From a virus (lineage: Duplodnaviria > Caudoviricetes), in the IMG/VR virus record IMGVR_UViG_3300047469_000103, positions 1-64,000 of that record: a DNA stretch of 64,000 nucleotides; one strand, 5' to 3'. The translations under genes and the position numbers were made by a program. Below, piece by piece: positions 28,075 through 37,842 of this stretch. Position 1 is the first letter of the stretch. Every line of letters begins with the position of its first letter. The notes under the pieces are model-generated. The model saw only the letters and a list, made by a program, of their open reading frames with translations. It searched no databases and was not told where the DNA came from.

Positions 28075-29976
28075 ATGAGAATTCAGATAGCCCTTGCGTC
28101 GGTGCCGCTTAGCATTGCACGAAAGTATGTAAAAAACTGGAACAAAAATGGCATCGGTGTAAAGGCTGTCCGCCAGTTCATGAAGCCGCCGAAGAAAGGG
28201 TATCGGTTTTACATTCCGATCAAGCCTAAAAAATCTGCAAAAATTGTACCGCCGTCGAATATCGTCAGCACCTTGGATTCCCTCGGTTATAAAATTGATG
28301 ATTACGTGAGCGGTATTGCAGTTGACCGCACAGGCAATCGTCGCATGCGGATTGGTAAACTTCTCAAGGATGATTCGCTGCGTCAGGAATTCGCAAACGA
28401 TCCACAACGCAGTGCGCACAAAGACGAATATGTCTGCGTGCTTTCTTCACATCCTTATGACGTAATCGGTATGTCTACCGGGCGCCGTTGGGATATGACT
28501 TCCTGTATGCGTCTGGATCAACCGGGCAAAACACAGGGCGGTGTGTACAAAGAAAAAGTTGCAAAAGACGTGGCGGAAGGGACAATTGTTGCCTACGCCA
28601 TTTCGCCAAAAGACACGAACATCGCAAACCCACATGCACGGCTTTTAATTAAACCGTTTTACAAAACCACTGGCGGGAACCGGACGCAGAATAGAAAAGT
28701 TGTTCTATTCCGTGTTGAAACGAAAGTCTACGGCACACCAATTCCCGGCTTTATGGAAACCGTGAGCGCGTGGCTACGCAAGGTCAACAGCAAGGCCGAG
28801 GCGGGTGTTTATACGATTGCGCCTGAGCTTTATGACGACGGCGTTGGTCAGCTTGCAATTCACGCGGACTTTAACAAGACGCCCGATGATGAAAGGTTTA
28901 AATACCTGAATGAAAACCGGGAACAAATCCCCCTAATTGTTAAATCCGATATACGTTGGTTGGGTGTTGCCTTCCAGCATATGTCGCAACTGTATTACAA
29001 CGCGAATAACCCCGGCACTCAGGCAGCGAACCTGCTAGACCTGATGAACAAAGTTAAAACGCTGGGTTCAACGGTTAAAGAAATTGGACAACAAGTCGAG
29101 AAATTCTTACCGGACGCCGATCTTCCGTGGCTTGCTAAAATGCTGCCTCAAGATGCCATGCAGCCTATTGCTGATTATTCTGCGCGCCTGACAAAAGCCA
29201 CTGACGCGGAATACGCATACGATCCAGAATCCCCACTTATGTCGTCGTCAGAAATCCTGACAAAACGTGCGTACTGGGATGCTCGCTGGTTGGCGAAAAT
29301 GGATGATCTTACGGATGAATACGCGGCAGGAAATACATTCCTTTCGTTCATTCGCAGTCGCCTAACGGACACACCGGAATTCCGAAAGTCTAAAGCTCCC
29401 GGCTCAATTAAAATGCGTGAATATCTCGGTATGATGTTCCGCATTGCTGCCAAGTCTTCGAACGACGAAGAGACTGGCGTGAAACTGTCGCGCAAACTGG
29501 CGCCACGATTCAAGGTTGATACCTATTTCAATCCGACAATTGAAAAATTGATGGGGCGCATTTGGGAACATCGAATGAAACGTGCTACCGGTCGTGCTGA
29601 TGGGGAAACCGCCTCCGGTCTGTTGTGCGCTGTAGACAGAACGTGGCCTGCACAAAACGTTGAATTAATTGCAGACAGTGGCAATGTAGTTCTGCGCCAA
29701 GAAGTATTCGAAGACCTGCTGAAAATCAATACCGAATATGCAAACTGGGAAATCGCCACACGTATTCGCGAAGAACTCGCCGCATCGAACCTAACGCAGA
29801 CCTCGTGGAATATGCGCTACCCGTGGATGCTGCCGTTTATTAAATCGGTTGCTCGTGGCCCATACCCGCCGCGCTTGATGCAGTGGGCGCAGGACTTTAT
29901 CGCCCATATTGAAAAAGTCTCAAAAGAAATGGATGACATTTTCAAAGAACTCGGCCTCGACGAAGACGGAAATTAA
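28075..29976 (+). CDS. Large protein, HPYD/SCMRL family paralogue 1
   Basis: SHPYDVIGMSTGRRWDMTSCMRL, DVAEGTIVAYAI; MRIQIALAS leader. Confidence 0.8.
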   Translation: MRIQIALASVPLSIARKYVKNWNKNGIGVKAVRQFMKPPKKGYRFYIPIKPKKSAKIVPPSNIVSTLDSLGYKIDDYVSGIAVDRTGNRRMRIGKLLKDDSLRQEFANDPQRSAHKDEYVCVLSSHPYDVIGMSTGRRWDMTSCMRLDQPGKTQGGVYKEKVAKDVAEGTIVAYAISPKDTNIANPHARLLIKPFYKTTGGNRTQNRKVVLFRVETKVYGTPIPGFMETVSAWLRKVNSKAEAGVYTIAPELYDDGVGQLAIHADFNKTPDDERFKYLNENREQIPLIVKSDIRWLGVAFQHMSQLYYNANNPGTQAANLLDLMNKVKTLGSTVKEIGQQVEKFLPDADLPWLAKMLPQDAMQPIADYSARLTKATDAEYAYDPESPLMSSSEILTKRAYWDARWLAKMDDLTDEYAAGNTFLSFIRSRLTDTPEFRKSKAPGSIKMREYLGMMFRIAAKSSNDEETGVKLSRKLAPRFKVDTYFNPTIEKLMGRIWEHRMKRATGRADGETASGLLCAVDRTWPAQNVELIADSGNVVLRQEVFEDLLKINTEYANWEIATRIREELAASNLTQTSWNMRYPWMLPFIKSVARGPYPPRLMQWAQDFIAHIEKVSKEMDDIFKELGLDEDGN

Positions 29977-29978
29977 TC

Positions 29979-30221
29979 ATGCAAATTGAATTGGCTACAG
30001 CAGCGGCCACGACTGTCAAAGCGTCCGACGTAAAAGACACCGTGAAGTTGATCGAAGCTGCAATTAAAAAACAACGAATGTTTCTCGTGCAAAGCGGTGG
30101 CGAACAAAACCCGCAAGTCGTGACCGAACGTCTGCGTGTGCAGGAACGTGTTGATATGTTGGAAGCGATTCTGGATTCCATGAAAGGTAAACACATTGCC
30201 TTGAGGATTTACGCTCAATGA
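29979..30221 (+). CDS. Small helical protein with MQIELATAA leader
   Basis: 80 aa coupled ORF. Confidence 0.7.
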   Translation: MQIELATAAATTVKASDVKDTVKLIEAAIKKQRMFLVQSGGEQNPQVVTERLRVQERVDMLEAILDSMKGKHIALRIYAQ

Positions 30222-33019
30222 ATATTGAAATGGCAGTCGCCGCCGTCTCGATGAAAACGGCACTGAAATATCGCCGTGACTGGAATAAAAACAGTCCGGC
30301 TGTAAAAGCTTTGCAAAAGATGCTGCCTGTTGGCCCCGGCAAGAAAGGTTATCGCCTGTACATTCCAATCGGCGCACAGATTAAACATCGTTTTATCATT
30401 CCGCCAGCCGTGCGTTTCGCGCTGAAGAAGAATGGCTTTGTTGCCACCGATTACCTCGCAAAGAAATGTGTTAAGCTTGACGACAAAGACCAGAAGAACG
30501 TATTTAACATCGGCAAAGTAATTGCCAAAGATGTTCATGCGAAAATGGCTTTCGACAACGACCCGCAATTGCAGAACACCGCTAGCGGCGCGCATTTACA
30601 AGTGGTTATTTCCTGCCACCCTTACGATATTATCGGCATGTCCACCGGGCGTTCGTGGGATAAACAATCCTGCATGCGTCTCGACGATGGCGTGGTAAAC
30701 CGTGGGGATAAAGGCGCATACAGTCGCCACGTGAAAAACGACGTAGCTGAAGGGACATTGGTTGCGTATGCAATTGATCCAAACGACACGAATATTAACA
30801 AGCCGAAATGCCGCTGCCTGATTAAACCTTTCGTGAATAGCGAAGGTGAGGTTTTGTATCGTCGTGAATCGGATGTTTACGGCAACCCGGTTCCCGGTTT
30901 TAATTCGACGGTGAACGCATTTCTACGCAAGCTAAATGCTGATGCGGAATCCGGCCATTACGAAATGAGCGGCGATCTTTACGACGACGGCGCTGGTACG
31001 GATCACCATCACGTAAAAAGTGATAGCAACCGCATCACAAACGACGACGTAGGCGACGATCATTCGTTGGCTGTTGATTTCGTTAAGCAGGAAATGGAAA
31101 TCATCAAAGCTGGTGAAGAGGACGAAACAACGAACCTCGGAAATATCAGCGGCGCACGAAACAACGCGAATAATATCGCACATATGCTGAATGATTTAAC
31201 CAGTAACGAAATGACTGTTCAACTGGATGAAATTGCCGACCTCGTGCGCGGTAGTGAATTCATTGGGCAGTATGTGAACGATCTTGTTCTACATGGGAAA
31301 AAGATTAACTCTGCGTTGGCCTACGTGGCACGCAAAGCCGGTCTGCTGGACAAGCGTAAAGAAATAAACTTTCCAGAAACAATGGATGTGAAACTGGCAA
31401 TTACGCAAGCGCGTTCCGGCAACCCTGCTGCAATGGAAGTCGTGCTGCGTAATCTGGACGACGAAGAAAACCCCGGCGATCATCACGCACAAATTCTCGC
31501 AGACCTGATGTACGGCGTGTTGCCAGTTCCTGAAAAGGAAATGTTGGATAAATACCCGTTTGCTCGTTCGTTTATCCACACGACCGCTTCGGCTGCGCGC
31601 TTCCTGAATCTGTTTAGCTACGAACGTTTCCACGAAGCGGCTTTCGCCCTTCTGGAAATCACCGAAGGCTCGGAAAAAATGCGTGGCGATTATGTCATGT
31701 ACACGCTGCGTGAAGTGCAAGGTTTGGAATTGGTTCTGTGCTATCTGTTGGATAACGTAGGATTTCTTTCGGCGGATGAATGGTTCCTGTTCCGCACTAA
31801 CGAAATGGCTGAGCATTTGATTGGCCGACGCAACTTCCGCGCTTTCGATAAGCTAACAGATAATCAAGCGCAGATGTTTATGGAACACATTAAAATCGAC
31901 ATGATGCGCCTCATTGTCACACAGCCGTATCGAGCCGACGCATTCAAAGACAACTTCCCTGCAATTCGCGCGTTCTTTCTGGAACATCCAGAAAACATTA
32001 ACAGCATTATCGAGGGCCGTGGCACGCAACAATGGGATATTGCGTGTGTCACAAACCTGATTAAATTCTCGGTGCCGATGTTCCTGCAATTGAACGGTGA
32101 AGGTTCTGCGTTCAATGCTTCGATGGTCACTGCGATGATGAATGCAATCGCCCCGTATTTGCTGGATTACAACGGCGCAGACAAGATCGGTGACGACGAC
32201 AAAACCGAAGTCGCCAGTACGCAAATGGAATTCATTATGCAGGCGTTGCAAGTCGCCGGTAAAATGCTGGATAAACCTGTTGATTTCACAAAGCATATTG
32301 ATTTCGAACCGGTTGATCTGAAAGCTGTGTCTGCCAAGTTTAAAAACCTTGCAGGCGGCGACCGCAACGGTGCCTATATGACTTTCTCCGGTGTGTTGTC
32401 CGGTCTGGAAATCAACGGGCAGTCGATCAACATTGCACAAGAAATGGAATTGATTGTCGCGGAAGCGCCAGCCTCGTTCTATGCAATGCCGCGTGAAACA
32501 CTGGCAAACCATCACCGGACGATCATTAAAGAACTCGCTAAAATGTCGTCGATGGATACGCTTCTGAAATCCGCAGAAAACATTCTCGATAATACGGAAA
32601 TGGTTGAAACGGAAGACGAAGACAGCTACGTCAACGATAACAGCGACATGGGTGATGCTTACCCGGACGATGACGACTACGACGAACTGTTGGAAGCAGC
32701 ACAAGATAAAGCCCGCGATAAAGTCGAACGTTTGAATCAAGCAACAGTGGAAACAAACACGAAATGTTTGCGTGCTTTGGAAATGCTGCAAATGCTTATC
32801 GGTGAAGACGAAGAGGAAGATGAAGACGACGAAGACGAAGACGAAGATGGTGAAGTGAAATCGAAGCCGCTTGAATTCGGTTATCAGACTCCACAATTCA
32901 CCCCGGAAATCTTTGAAGAATATTCGTCTGATATCCTTGAACTGCGTGAGCGGATTAAAGAAGCATTGGCACAACGCTCGGAAGAAGCGGAAGAATACCG
33001 TGACGCTGCCGGGTATTAA
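30218..33019 (+). CDS. Large protein, HPYD/SCMRL family paralogue 2, acidic C-terminus
   Basis: CHPYDIIGMSTGRSWDKQSCMRL, DVAEGTLVAYAI; MNIEMAVAA leader. Confidence 0.8.
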   Translation: MNIEMAVAAVSMKTALKYRRDWNKNSPAVKALQKMLPVGPGKKGYRLYIPIGAQIKHRFIIPPAVRFALKKNGFVATDYLAKKCVKLDDKDQKNVFNIGKVIAKDVHAKMAFDNDPQLQNTASGAHLQVVISCHPYDIIGMSTGRSWDKQSCMRLDDGVVNRGDKGAYSRHVKNDVAEGTLVAYAIDPNDTNINKPKCRCLIKPFVNSEGEVLYRRESDVYGNPVPGFNSTVNAFLRKLNADAESGHYEMSGDLYDDGAGTDHHHVKSDSNRITNDDVGDDHSLAVDFVKQEMEIIKAGEEDETTNLGNISGARNNANNIAHMLNDLTSNEMTVQLDEIADLVRGSEFIGQYVNDLVLHGKKINSALAYVARKAGLLDKRKEINFPETMDVKLAITQARSGNPAAMEVVLRNLDDEENPGDHHAQILADLMYGVLPVPEKEMLDKYPFARSFIHTTASAARFLNLFSYERFHEAAFALLEITEGSEKMRGDYVMYTLREVQGLELVLCYLLDNVGFLSADEWFLFRTNEMAEHLIGRRNFRAFDKLTDNQAQMFMEHIKIDMMRLIVTQPYRADAFKDNFPAIRAFFLEHPENINSIIEGRGTQQWDIACVTNLIKFSVPMFLQLNGEGSAFNASMVTAMMNAIAPYLLDYNGADKIGDDDKTEVASTQMEFIMQALQVAGKMLDKPVDFTKHIDFEPVDLKAVSAKFKNLAGGDRNGAYMTFSGVLSGLEINGQSINIAQEMELIVAEAPASFYAMPRETLANHHRTIIKELAKMSSMDTLLKSAENILDNTEMVETEDEDSYVNDNSDMGDAYPDDDDYDELLEAAQDKARDKVERLNQATVETNTKCLRALEMLQMLIGEDEEEDEDDEDEDEDGEVKSKPLEFGYQTPQFTPEIFEEYSSDILELRERIKEALAQRSEEAEEYRDAAGY

Positions 33020-33023
33020 TAAG

Positions 33024-33039
33024 TAATTTAAAGGTATGA
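33024..33039 (+). promoter_or_regulatory. Motif A TAATTTAAAGGTATGA
   Basis: Identical 16-mer to 18864 copy, intergenic. Confidence 0.6.
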
Positions 33040-33041
33040 CT

Positions 33042-33072
33042 AAGCCGGGTGCTGTTTGCCCGGCTTTCTTTT
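33042..33072 (+). terminator. Intrinsic terminator-like hairpin
   Basis: AAGCCGGG-tgctgtttg-CCCGGCTT plus TCTTTT. Confidence 0.7.
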
Positions 33073-33093
33073 GCCGAATTATGGATAATTATT

Positions 33094-35808
33094 ATGATTC
33101 CTGTGCAGGTTTCCGAAGAGTTTGGGTTTTTGGGCGTTGCAGCGGTATCCCTCCGCTCGACTTTGAAATACCGCCGTAACTGGAATAAAAATGGGCCGAC
33201 CGTTAAACTGCTGCGCAAATTAATGCCGCGTGGTTCGAAAGGTTATCGCGTTTATATGCCAATCGGTGTCAGCCAGAATATGCGCAACGTGATTGTTCCG
33301 TTGCCGGTTCGTTTGGCTGTGAAACAAGCAGGCTTTCGGATTACCGATTACCTCGCCAAGAAGTGCGTAAAAATCTCCGATAAAGAACAGAAAAACGAAT
33401 TCAATATCGGTAAGGTTATCGCGAAAGACCCGGTTGCAAAGGCCGCTTTCGACAATGATCCACAATTGCAAAACAGTTCCACTGCCGAATTCCAATTGGT
33501 TGTTTCGTGCCACCCTTACGACATTATCGGTATGAGTACCGGTCGTAGTTGGGACAACGAAAGCTGCATGCGTCTGCGTGACTACCGACCTGATTCAAAT
33601 GATGGTTCGAATAATCATTATTTGGAAGTCGATATTGCAGAAGGCACATTGGTTGCTTATGCCATTCGTGCGTCTGATACCAACATCGAAAAACCGCTGG
33701 GCCGCTGCCTGTTGAAACCGTTCGTGAGTGAAACCGGCGGTGACGATATTCTGTATCGCCGTGAAACAAAGATTTACGGCAATCCGGTTCCGGGTATGCC
33801 AGAAACACTTAACCGTTTTCTGCGCAAATTAAACGCGGATATTCCAGCGGGCCAATACAAGTTGCACAAAGGTTTGTATAACGACGGCATTCAATACCGT
33901 CACAATCGTGAAGAGTCGGAAGGCGAACGCGATACCGACCAGATTGACTGGACTGTTGTTGACGACGAAGCAACGCTGAAAGAAAAGCCGCATTTGTTTG
34001 CATCGTTGGTCGCTCATTTCCTGAAGAACTACAAAGCCGGTTTGACTGACATTCGTCATTTCATTTCCGTGCTGTTTCACGCATCGAATATGGTGCCTGC
34101 TAAATATCTGCGCCAAGCTGCACGACTGCTTTGCACTGACGATATTGCAAAAGGTTTTATGCAGTTTGTTACTGAAGGCGACGAAGACCAGAACACCATT
34201 CTGGCTGGTTACTATTTGCGTAACCCGGAATTCCGCCGCCTGTGTGCGCAGCATATTCCAGAAGGCGTGGACGCTGCCTATTCCCGCGTGCTGAGTTTCG
34301 TTAGTCCGAAATTCGATGCTGCAATTCTGAAAGGTATTCCAAACAATGTGGATGCTCACATTCTTTCGGCGTATCAAATTCTGACTGGCATGATGCAACT
34401 GAGTCCGAAGAGCATTGAATCGCGACCAGACCTGCACCGAATTATTTATCTGTTCGCCCGTCTGGCCCGTGACGCTTCGATTTTCGATATGCGTGCGTAT
34501 CAGGAACCAGCGCATCAAATTCTGGCAACATCTACTGTCAACAAAGAAGAAATTCCGTTGGTAGAAGTTGTTAAAGTTGCCGAGTTTTTGGTCGGTGAAC
34601 CTGACACGATGCTGATGGCCGCAACGTGGATGCTGGAATACATGAAGACCGGCGATTTTAAACGCGCCGAAGTCGTTGCCGCGTATATCTCTCCGCACGG
34701 TTTTGAAGACCTGTTGAAAGAACGGAAATTGCGTCGTCGTTTCTTGGGCGGTAAAGGCATTCCAGAAAGCACAATGAAACAAATCAACATTGCTGTTTGT
34801 GCATTGCTGGATAATAACCAAGACGAAGACACGGCAACCACTCGTGATTTGCTCGCGCACATTGCGAAGACGCCATTCAACGCCGTTAACGTCAGTTCCT
34901 ATAACCGTTTGGTAAATGCTCACCCTGAGACTTTCCCGAATGTTTACTACACTGATGCCAACACGATGGATCGTTACACAATTAACGAAATGGTTTACTA
35001 CGTGCCGTCGTATGAAGTCAGTATTAACATTCGTGATGGCGAGCCACTTCCGGCACCGGTAAACGAATGGCAAGCGCGCACGTGGGAAATTGCAGGCACG
35101 TTAATGCACGTTAGCGCCCTCGCGACAAAGAGCGCACAGGAAGCTTTGCCTGTGTCGGAAACCGTGATGGAAATTCTTGAAAAAGAAGGCGGCGATATTC
35201 CACAACTGGCGCGTATGGAAATCGACATTAAAAAGCATCCGCGACTGTTCAACGGAAACACGGTCAAGTACATGATGCCGTTTGATTTTATCGGCAACGA
35301 TAACGGCGAAGCATTCATGGAACGCAGCACACGCGGCGACATTGATAACTTTGTAAAAATCATGGAAACCGTTTTCGAGAACGCCGGTAAAATGGGCATT
35401 TACATGCCGTACACCGACCCGAACTATACCCGCGTGCCTAGCGACGTGATGTTTATTACGGTGGTTAGTAATGTTGCTAAAAACGAAACCCCGGACAAGG
35501 CACAAGCGCTGTTGAATTCGTGCCTTAAATACATTCGAACATATCAGGCGTTTATCGACACACTGCCAGCCATCGGCCCCGGCTTTGTAGATCGTTGGGT
35601 TGAAAAACTCTCGATGTATTCTGCAAAAGAAGTGAACGATTGGAGTATCCACATTGCAGGCTTCCAAAAGAAAATGTTGGACGATCCTAAAACGCTGATT
35701 GCCGGTATCAAACTGCTGACGTATATGTGCAGTATGAAAGGCGGGAATAAAGGATGGCAACTCGACATTTCCGATGTGCCTGCTGATTGGCAAATGAACG
35801 ACGACTAA
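33094..35808 (+). CDS. Large protein, HPYD/SCMRL family paralogue 3
   Basis: CHPYDIIGMSTGRSWDNESCMRL, DIAEGTLVAYAI; start re-assigned to ATG 33094. Confidence 0.8.
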   Translation: MIPVQVSEEFGFLGVAAVSLRSTLKYRRNWNKNGPTVKLLRKLMPRGSKGYRVYMPIGVSQNMRNVIVPLPVRLAVKQAGFRITDYLAKKCVKISDKEQKNEFNIGKVIAKDPVAKAAFDNDPQLQNSSTAEFQLVVSCHPYDIIGMSTGRSWDNESCMRLRDYRPDSNDGSNNHYLEVDIAEGTLVAYAIRASDTNIEKPLGRCLLKPFVSETGGDDILYRRETKIYGNPVPGMPETLNRFLRKLNADIPAGQYKLHKGLYNDGIQYRHNREESEGERDTDQIDWTVVDDEATLKEKPHLFASLVAHFLKNYKAGLTDIRHFISVLFHASNMVPAKYLRQAARLLCTDDIAKGFMQFVTEGDEDQNTILAGYYLRNPEFRRLCAQHIPEGVDAAYSRVLSFVSPKFDAAILKGIPNNVDAHILSAYQILTGMMQLSPKSIESRPDLHRIIYLFARLARDASIFDMRAYQEPAHQILATSTVNKEEIPLVEVVKVAEFLVGEPDTMLMAATWMLEYMKTGDFKRAEVVAAYISPHGFEDLLKERKLRRRFLGGKGIPESTMKQINIAVCALLDNNQDEDTATTRDLLAHIAKTPFNAVNVSSYNRLVNAHPETFPNVYYTDANTMDRYTINEMVYYVPSYEVSINIRDGEPLPAPVNEWQARTWEIAGTLMHVSALATKSAQEALPVSETVMEILEKEGGDIPQLARMEIDIKKHPRLFNGNTVKYMMPFDFIGNDNGEAFMERSTRGDIDNFVKIMETVFENAGKMGIYMPYTDPNYTRVPSDVMFITVVSNVAKNETPDKAQALLNSCLKYIRTYQAFIDTLPAIGPGFVDRWVEKLSMYSAKEVNDWSIHIAGFQKKMLDDPKTLIAGIKLLTYMCSMKGGNKGWQLDISDVPADWQMNDD

Positions 35809-35821
35809 TCGGTGACAATAA

Positions 35822-36046
35822 GTGAAAATAATTCTGTCGTTGGCTAAATCGGGAAGTCCCGACCGTTGGGACGCCTTGCCCTATATCAGTTTCGACAACG
35901 CGAAAGAAGGCAAGCGCCTGACAGCTAAAGGCAAAAAAGGTAAAAAGAAAGGGCGTAAAAAGAAAGCTGATGGCCTTCTCGATACGCCCCTTAAAGGTGC
36001 GGAAACCGTTATCTCAAACGTACCCGACCGCGTTAGATTTTCTTGA
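35822..36046 (+). CDS. Small Lys-rich protein with MKIILSLAKS leader
   Basis: GTG start; KGKKGKKKGRKKK tract. Confidence 0.6.
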   Translation: MKIILSLAKSGSPDRWDALPYISFDNAKEGKRLTAKGKKGKKKGRKKKADGLLDTPLKGAETVISNVPDRVRFS

Positions 36047-36053
36047 GGTTCAC

Positions 36054-36314
36054 ATGGCAAAACTGTCGATTAATCTACAGGGCAGAGCGGCACGTGGAAC
36101 AGACAGCACGGAACACGGCGGCACGCGCCTTTCCACATGGGAAGACGACGATAAACTGGCCGGGAACCTGCCGAAATCCAAAGTGAAAACTTTGCTCAAA
36201 AACCAGAAGAACGTACAAAACCAAAGCGCTGTTATGCCTCACGATTACGTGGACAAAATGCACATTTCGAAATCGAATTGGCTGAGTCGGCATGAACAGA
36301 GTACGCCGCGATGA
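36054..36314 (+). CDS. Small hypothetical protein
   Basis: Start re-assigned to ATG 36054 after GAGG. Confidence 0.65.
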   Translation: MAKLSINLQGRAARGTDSTEHGGTRLSTWEDDDKLAGNLPKSKVKTLLKNQKNVQNQSAVMPHDYVDKMHISKSNWLSRHEQSTPR

Positions 36315-36973
36315 AAATACGAATTAACCTTGATGTGTTCAAGGACTTACCGACTGACGTGCGCAAGCTTAGCAATTCGCAAGGTGCTGAATTCGGTGAC
36401 GTATTGGCCGACCTTGCAAAGCGTGGTTTACATCGCCACGGAAAAGCTCGCGACCATTTTGAAGTGGAAGAAGACGAACGCGATGCCGCTGTTTATCCAG
36501 ACGATGGATTTAATGGTGACGCATTCGACGTTGTGTATTCACGCCGCGACGAAGAACAATCAACGGCCTGCAATTTCTGCTTGTCGATTGCAGGTTTTGA
36601 AAAGCCACGCGTAAAAGGAATTGGTGAAGACGGTTTCCGCGCAATTCTCAATGAAGAGCGCGCACGCCGGGGCTTAGAGGCATTTGCTGCTGATAAAGTA
36701 CCGCCACCATCGAAAGCCGAACACGCAAAACACCGGGCGAAAGTGGACAACAGCGCACAGATTAAAAAAGCTCAAGATAACAAGATGAAAAAGCAGGCCA
36801 GTCTTCAGGCTATGCAGACGCGTCTTCGCAAAATGAGCAAGCGTCCAACCAATCCCGAACAAGCGAAAGTGTGGGCGGATCGCCGTCAAGCTTTGATGGA
36901 TAAAATCAAGGAACAACGCGACTCTATTCGGTTCACTGATTCGCGCATTGCGAAAATGAGGTCAACCGAATGA
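36311..36973 (+). CDS. Hypothetical protein with basic coiled-coil C-terminus
   Basis: 220 aa coupled ORF; MKIRINL start. Confidence 0.7.
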   Translation: MKIRINLDVFKDLPTDVRKLSNSQGAEFGDVLADLAKRGLHRHGKARDHFEVEEDERDAAVYPDDGFNGDAFDVVYSRRDEEQSTACNFCLSIAGFEKPRVKGIGEDGFRAILNEERARRGLEAFAADKVPPPSKAEHAKHRAKVDNSAQIKKAQDNKMKKQASLQAMQTRLRKMSKRPTNPEQAKVWADRRQALMDKIKEQRDSIRFTDSRIAKMRSTE

Positions 36974-37350
36974 ATATTGCTATCAGGATTTCGCCGTCGG
37001 GTTTGGAATACAGCACGTTGTCGAACCTTGGCAATATGCTGAAAGAATTCATGCCCGATTGGGACGTGACGTATGCGTCGTGCATGGTGCCTTACGAATT
37101 GCGTAGTTTCTTTTTGGAAGGCCGCACATTTGTACGCGCCACGTACACAATGAAAAAGTACGACAAAGCGCTTTTCATTCACGTGGATTTCAAGACTCCA
37201 ATTGAAATCTATATCATTCATCAAATAGGTTTGGAAAATATTGCTCGGCGCGTCTACACCATTGATCGCTCCGACAGCCTTGCGTTGTTCCGCATAATTA
37301 CTTCCGAACTGGAGAACACTATCAATGGCGACTTCAAGAACATCGAGTAA
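36970..37350 (+). CDS. Hypothetical protein
   Basis: 126 aa coupled ORF; MNIAIRIS start. Confidence 0.65.
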   Translation: MNIAIRISPSGLEYSTLSNLGNMLKEFMPDWDVTYASCMVPYELRSFFLEGRTFVRATYTMKKYDKALFIHVDFKTPIEIYIIHQIGLENIARRVYTIDRSDSLALFRIITSELENTINGDFKNIE

Positions 37351-37798
37351 ACCGAGAAAGCCTCGGAAAACAAAACCGAAATCTGCAATCAAGAAAACGG
37401 TCAAGAAGTCGGGCGCCAAGAAAGCTAAAGTGAGTCCGGTAGCATCGCGGGCACGCAAGCTTGGCTTGGAAAGTATGGGTTATGGTCGATGGGGAAAGAT
37501 GGGGCGAATTACGCACCGGACTGTCGGCGGTAAATTGGAAGCTGTGAAAGACAGCAAACTGAATCGGGTTAAAACCCGTGAAGGGAAGGCGAAAGCCACA
37601 AGCATTCTGTCGAAAATGGCGAACGAACATACGCAGAAACTTGTGAAAATTCGTATGGCTATTAAGAAAGCAGAAGGCCGAGGTGATGACGATAAAGTCA
37701 AGCAACTCAAGCAGATGCTGGAACGTAGCCAGAAAGAAATGCAGAAAGCAAAAGAGCGTTTGGTTGCACTCAATGCTCGCAAGAAAAAAGCAGCATAA
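37325..37798 (+). CDS. Highly basic, histone-like protein
   Basis: K/R-rich N-terminus, LGLESMGYGRWG..GRITH motif, basic coiled coil. Confidence 0.7.
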   Translation: MATSRTSSKPRKPRKTKPKSAIKKTVKKSGAKKAKVSPVASRARKLGLESMGYGRWGKMGRITHRTVGGKLEAVKDSKLNRVKTREGKAKATSILSKMANEHTQKLVKIRMAIKKAEGRGDDDKVKQLKQMLERSQKEMQKAKERLVALNARKKKAA

Positions 37799-37838
37799 AA
37801 AAAAGGCCCATTTCCGTAATTGGATTTGGGCCTTTTTT
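37797..37838. terminator. Bidirectional intrinsic terminator
   Basis: AAAAAAAAGGCCCA...TGGGCCTTTTTT between convergent gene blocks. Confidence 0.85.
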
Positions 37839-37842
37839 CGTT

